A stretch of DNA of 55,615 bases from Clostridia bacterium (GTDB taxonomy: Bacteria > Bacillota > Clostridia > Oscillospirales > SIG627), in assembly GCA_017453605.1 (NCBI GenBank), contig JAFTEP010000149.1:1-55615 (forward strand), written 5' to 3'. This document shows positions 52,739-55,615 of the stretch, one piece after another. Below the pieces are notes generated by a model. That model made no database searches. It was not told the DNA's origin and was given only the letters and a program-made list of their open reading frames with translations. Each line of letters starts with the position of its first letter. The first letter of the stretch is position 1. A program made the position numbers and the translations under genes.

Positions 52739-53983
52739 TTATGCTTTTACCTTTTTCAGATTTACAAAGCGGGGCAGTCCGTCTTCCTTGACGAGCTTCG
52801 TCTCGCCCTGGATCAGCGGGAGCGCGTACTCCACGAAGCCCTCTTTGATGCCGTCCTTGGTGTCGTTGATCCACTCGGCGGGGAGCTTCTTCTCGGTGTT
52901 GGCGACGACGGAAAGATCGAAGAGCTTGAGCTGGCAGACGTACTTGCCGTTCACGGTCTTTCTCTCGAAGCCGACCATCTTGTCGGTGACGCCCGCGATC
53001 GCGTTCTTCACCGCCGCCTCACCCGAGGCGAAGGACTCGTCGATGTCGGTCTGGGAGGCGCAGTGAGCCGCGCATCTCTGGAGCAGACTCAGCTCGATCC
53101 CTCTGACCTTCGCGCCGGTCTTTGTCTTGATCAGGCCCGCCAGATAGCTCGCGAGACCGCCGAGCTGGGCGTGACCGAAGCTGTCCTTGGTCTTGGCAAG
53201 GTCGTTGCCGTATTCGCTGATCAGCTTGCCGTCCTTGTCGTGGATGCCCTCGGAGACCGCGACGATGCACTTTCCGTTGGCCTTATATACCTTCTCGACC
53301 TTCGCCATGAACTCGTCGAGATCGAAGTCGACCTCGGGAACGTAGATGAAGTCGGGACCGTTGCCCTTGTAGGAGGCGAGAGCGGCGGCGGCGGTGAGCC
53401 ACCCGGCGTTCCTGCCCATGATCTCGACCACGGTGATCATACCGGTGTCGTAGACTCTCGCGTCGCGGTAGATCTCCATCATGGAGGTCGCGATGTACTT
53501 GGCGGCGGAAGCGTAGCCGGGGCAGTGATCCGTGCCGGCGAGATCGTTGTCGATGGTCTTCGGGATGCCCATGACGCGACATTCGTAGTTGTTCTTCATC
53601 ATGAACTTCGATATCTTGTTGCAGGTGTCCATGGAGTCGTTGCCGCCGTTGTAGAAGAAGTATCTGACGTCGTACTTCTTGAAGATCTCGAGGATCCTTT
53701 TGTAGTCGGTGTCGTCGACGTCGGGATCTTTGAGCTTGTAGCGGCAGGAACCGAGCGCGGAGGACGGAGTGTACTTCATGTACTCCAGCTCCTTCGGATC
53801 CTCCTTGCCCATATCGATGAGGTTGTCGTTGAGGACGCCCTTGATGCCGTTGCAGGCGCCGAGGACTCTGGTGATGACGCCGCTCTCGAGAGCGGTCTTG
53901 ATCGCGCCATATGCGCTCGCGTTGATGACAGCGGAGGGTCCGCCGGACTGACCGATGATGCAGCTGCCTTTGAGTTCAGACAT
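52739..53983 (-). CDS. 6-phosphofructokinase, long form with pyrophosphate-dependent signature residues
   Basis: 414 aa. GQSGGPSAVINA, GGNDS and IPKTIDNDL (Lys instead of the Gly of ATP-PFK PGTIDND), and MGRNAGW. Confidence 0.8.
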   Translation of the reverse strand: MSELKGSCIIGQSGGPSAVINASAYGAIKTALESGVITRVLGACNGIKGVLNDNLIDMGKEDPKELEYMKYTPSSALGSCRYKLKDPDVDDTDYKRILEIFKKYDVRYFFYNGGNDSMDTCNKISKFMMKNNYECRVMGIPKTIDNDLAGTDHCPGYASAAKYIATSMMEIYRDARVYDTGMITVVEIMGRNAGWLTAAAALASYKGNGPDFIYVPEVDFDLDEFMAKVEKVYKANGKCIVAVSEGIHDKDGKLISEYGNDLAKTKDSFGHAQLGGLASYLAGLIKTKTGAKVRGIELSLLQRCAAHCASQTDIDESFASGEAAVKNAIAGVTDKMVGFERKTVNGKYVCQLKLFDLSVVANTEKKLPAEWINDTKDGIKEGFVEYALPLIQGETKLVKEDGLPRFVNLKKVKA

Positions 53984-54026
53984 TTTGATTCAAACCACCT
54001 TTTCATTTTTAAAAAGATTTTTTGTA

Positions 54027-54055
54027 ATTATACCACCGTCAAAAGAAAAAATCAA
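54027..54055 (-). promoter_or_regulatory. Sigma-70-type promoter of the phosphofructokinase gene
   Basis: Minus strand: TTGATT, 17 nt, TATAAT, about 40 nt upstream of ATG 53983. Confidence 0.6.
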
Positions 54056-54214
54056 CGATTTTTCCTGAACTTTGGCACTTTTGGCGCGCATAAACCTTTT
54101 TTTCTACCCGAAACGGCAAAAAATAAGTTTTTTTATATTTCCGGCGGCGTTTATCCCCTCAAAACGCGCGTTTGTCCCAGAGAATGGCCGCCATTTATTT
54201 TTTGTGCTGCTATA

Positions 54215-54243
54215 TTGCCAAGATCCGAAAAAAGTGATATCAT
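54215..54243 (+). promoter_or_regulatory. Extended -10 promoter of the lipoprotein gene
   Basis: TTGCCA, 17 nt (ending TGa), TATCAT. Confidence 0.55.
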
Positions 54244-54280
54244 ATTATCGGAAAAATCCGGACCCACAGGAGGTTGAAAA

Positions 54281-55177
54281 ATGAAAAAAAGCATCGTTTC
54301 ACTTTTCGCGCTCATTCTCGCGATCGCAGTTTTGTGCGGCTGCTCTCTCGCGTCGGACAGCAGCTCGGGCGACGGTCCCGAAAAGACTTCCGCCGCCGAA
54401 AAAACGACCGGGAACGCCGCGACTCAGTCCGCCGAGGAGACTTCTCCCGCTCCCTCGTCCTCTCAGAGCGTCCCGGAGACTTCTCCCGTAACGGAGACCG
54501 CCGCTCAGCCCGACACCTCGCCCGTCGTCGATCCCTTCGATATTGTCGATACGGTCAAAGTCGTCGATCAGCTCGACTATCACAAACAGGTCGTCACCAC
54601 CGACTACGCCGCCGAGCTCGGGTATGATTTTGGCGACCTCGAGCAGGTCGTGATCCTGCCCGCCCTGTCGGGGATCGACTCCGACAGCGCCCGCGCCTTC
54701 AACAAGAAGATCCTCGACACCTACTCCGAGACCGTCGAGATCCTCCAAAATGACCAAGAGGAGGGCGGCATCGTCAACATCCGCTACAGAGCGTATATCA
54801 ACGGTCAGAGCCTCGGGATCATCATGACCGAGACCTACGGCGTGCAGATCGGCGGGATCGGCACGGGATACAGCTTCTTCTACTACGATCTGAAAGAAGA
54901 CCGCGAGCTGACTTTTGAAGAATACCTCTCAAATTTCGGCTACGACCGAAAGAAGTTCGCCGAGGAATTCGGCGGCAGCGAGGAGTACGCCGAATACGTC
55001 GAAACGGTGAACGAATTCGACGACACCGTCGGGGAGATCCCGCTGACGGAGGACGATCTTCTCGGCTGCTGCTTCGACGCGGAGAACGGGACCCTGTTCG
55101 TCATTTCCACGGATTACTTCATGGACGAATCTTATCTGATCGAGACCGGGATCTTCTGCGCCGAGATCAGCCGGTAA
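54281..55177 (+). CDS. Putative lipoprotein, function unknown
   Basis: 298 aa. Signal peptide MKKSIVSLFALILAIAVLCG|C, a Ser/Thr/Pro/Glu-rich linker, then a globular domain. AGGAGG RBS. Confidence 0.7.
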   Translation: MKKSIVSLFALILAIAVLCGCSLASDSSSGDGPEKTSAAEKTTGNAATQSAEETSPAPSSSQSVPETSPVTETAAQPDTSPVVDPFDIVDTVKVVDQLDYHKQVVTTDYAAELGYDFGDLEQVVILPALSGIDSDSARAFNKKILDTYSETVEILQNDQEEGGIVNIRYRAYINGQSLGIIMTETYGVQIGGIGTGYSFFYYDLKEDRELTFEEYLSNFGYDRKKFAEEFGGSEEYAEYVETVNEFDDTVGEIPLTEDDLLGCCFDAENGTLFVISTDYFMDESYLIETGIFCAEISR

Positions 55178-55205
55178 AAGTCCCCGACAGCGCGAATTTC
55201 GTTAA

Positions 55206-55608
55206 TTCCCAAAGTAAATTCCACAGTTGAACGGAAGTGGATTTTTGTTTGGGAAATAAGTGGAAACAAGTCTGGGAAAGCAGGAGGAAAACGCCTTAAA
55301 GAACGTAAAAAGAGGCAAATATACAGGCTCAACATACAAAAAGCGTACAAAAACCAAGCCTGAAAATGGCTTTTCCCAGACTTAATTCCAGTGCGGTGGA
55401 ATTTACTATAGGATGGAAATTATGCAAAACTCCAACCCCGTCACCCTTGACAGTCAAAACAAAATGCGCTTTGGTATTCGTGCCGACGGAGAGGAACTCA
55501 AAAGTATGTGCTTTGTTTACTCCCCTCGAGTAAGCCCATTATAGCGCATTTCATTTTGCCGGTCAAGGGCAAGCCGCCCAAAGGCGGTGACTCATGCGTC
55601 ATTGAGTT
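55206..55608. other. ORF-poor, multi-hairpin region (candidate structured RNA or mobile-element end), truncated by the window edge
   Basis: Nested inverted repeats: 55206-55224/55237-55255; 55268-55280/55370-55383; 55384-55390/55397-55403; 55444-55470/55543-55569; 55573-55578/55583-55588. There is also a long-range pair, 55213-55224/55396-55407. Confidence 0.4.
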
Positions 55609-55615
55609 GCCTCGG

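Noticed and set aside
2268-54277. Numerous other overlapping or antisense track ORFs. Examples: 2268-2963, 2964-3911, 5120-6229, 13332-14123, 21513-22976, 23723-24658, 30476-31471, 35399-36472, 37847-38563, 38624-39901, 40514-41452, 43411-44109, 48216-49034, 51884-52672, 53063-54277.
   Set aside because: Each lies inside a gene on the other strand or frame that has clear family motifs. None has an RBS or recognisable domains.
55391-55395. GTGCG at 55391, considered as a possible group II intron 5' end.
   Set aside because: The pentamer sits in the loop of a 7-bp hairpin. Five bases alone are not diagnostic, and no domain V/VI or RT ORF is visible before the window ends. Group II intron remains one option to test under the structured-region finding.
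1-55615. A search by eye for tRNA, rRNA, tmRNA, transposase, integrase or recombinase genes, and for known multi-gene defence systems.
   Set aside because: None was recognised. The only mobile-DNA signatures are the two AT-rich islands, and both lack recombinase genes. The DinG-like helicase sits in a housekeeping operon with engB, so I did not call it a defence gene.

Overview
This 55.6-kb window is a densely coding, visibly GC-rich chromosomal segment (GC not computed). It looks like a Gram-positive, Clostridia-type anaerobe: GGAGG-type ribosome-binding sites (RBS), a glmS ribozyme, a preQ1-I riboswitch ahead of queT, a PASTA-type Ser/Thr kinase, and YsxC/Lon. Taxon assignment is inference only.

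Gene content, in order:
- 1-14.1 kb: one co-directional minus-strand array. It holds cysK (partial), five GNAT acetyltransferase genes (one frameshifted), two SAM methyltransferases, a UDG-family glycosylase, a GH31 hydrolase, an Ntn hydrolase, a GGDEF protein, TfoX, rlmD and a GT2-GtrA fusion.
- 14-26 kb: an acyltransferase-3, a MarR/CDF/TSCPD group, a 1025-aa multidomain Ser/Thr kinase, an MMPL transporter, riboswitch-controlled queT, an SGNH hydrolase and ychF.
- 26-32 kb: a sugar cluster with ThuA, two tandem paralogous xylose-isomerase-like TIM barrels, a 505-aa unknown TIM-barrel-like protein, a NahK-like kinase and VanZ.
- 34-42 kb: engB, a 90-aa ORF and a DinG-like helicase, then lon, the glmS ribozyme and glmS.
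- 42-55 kb: AraC with two Gfo/Idh/MocA oxidoreductases, then a metF / MetH-activation-domain / metH / large glycoside hydrolase / small membrane protein operon, a PPi-type phosphofructokinase and a lipoprotein.

No rRNA, tRNA, CRISPR array, transposase or integrase was seen.

The most interesting regions are:
1. An AT-rich orphan Rhs-core / C-terminal toxin + immunity cassette (32.4-34.0 kb). It is bracketed by two copies of one hairpin, and I cannot place the toxin tip in any family.
2. A duplicated rlmD 3' end flanking a truncated DUF1016 gene (10.9-11.8 kb), which looks like the scar of a site-specific insertion.
3. A stretch of at least 430 nt of ORF-poor, multi-hairpin sequence running off the right edge (55.2-55.6 kb). 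It could be a large structured RNA or a mobile-element terminus.

All family calls come from motif recognition by eye. No database search was run. Start codons are chosen by RBS and overlap logic and may be off.
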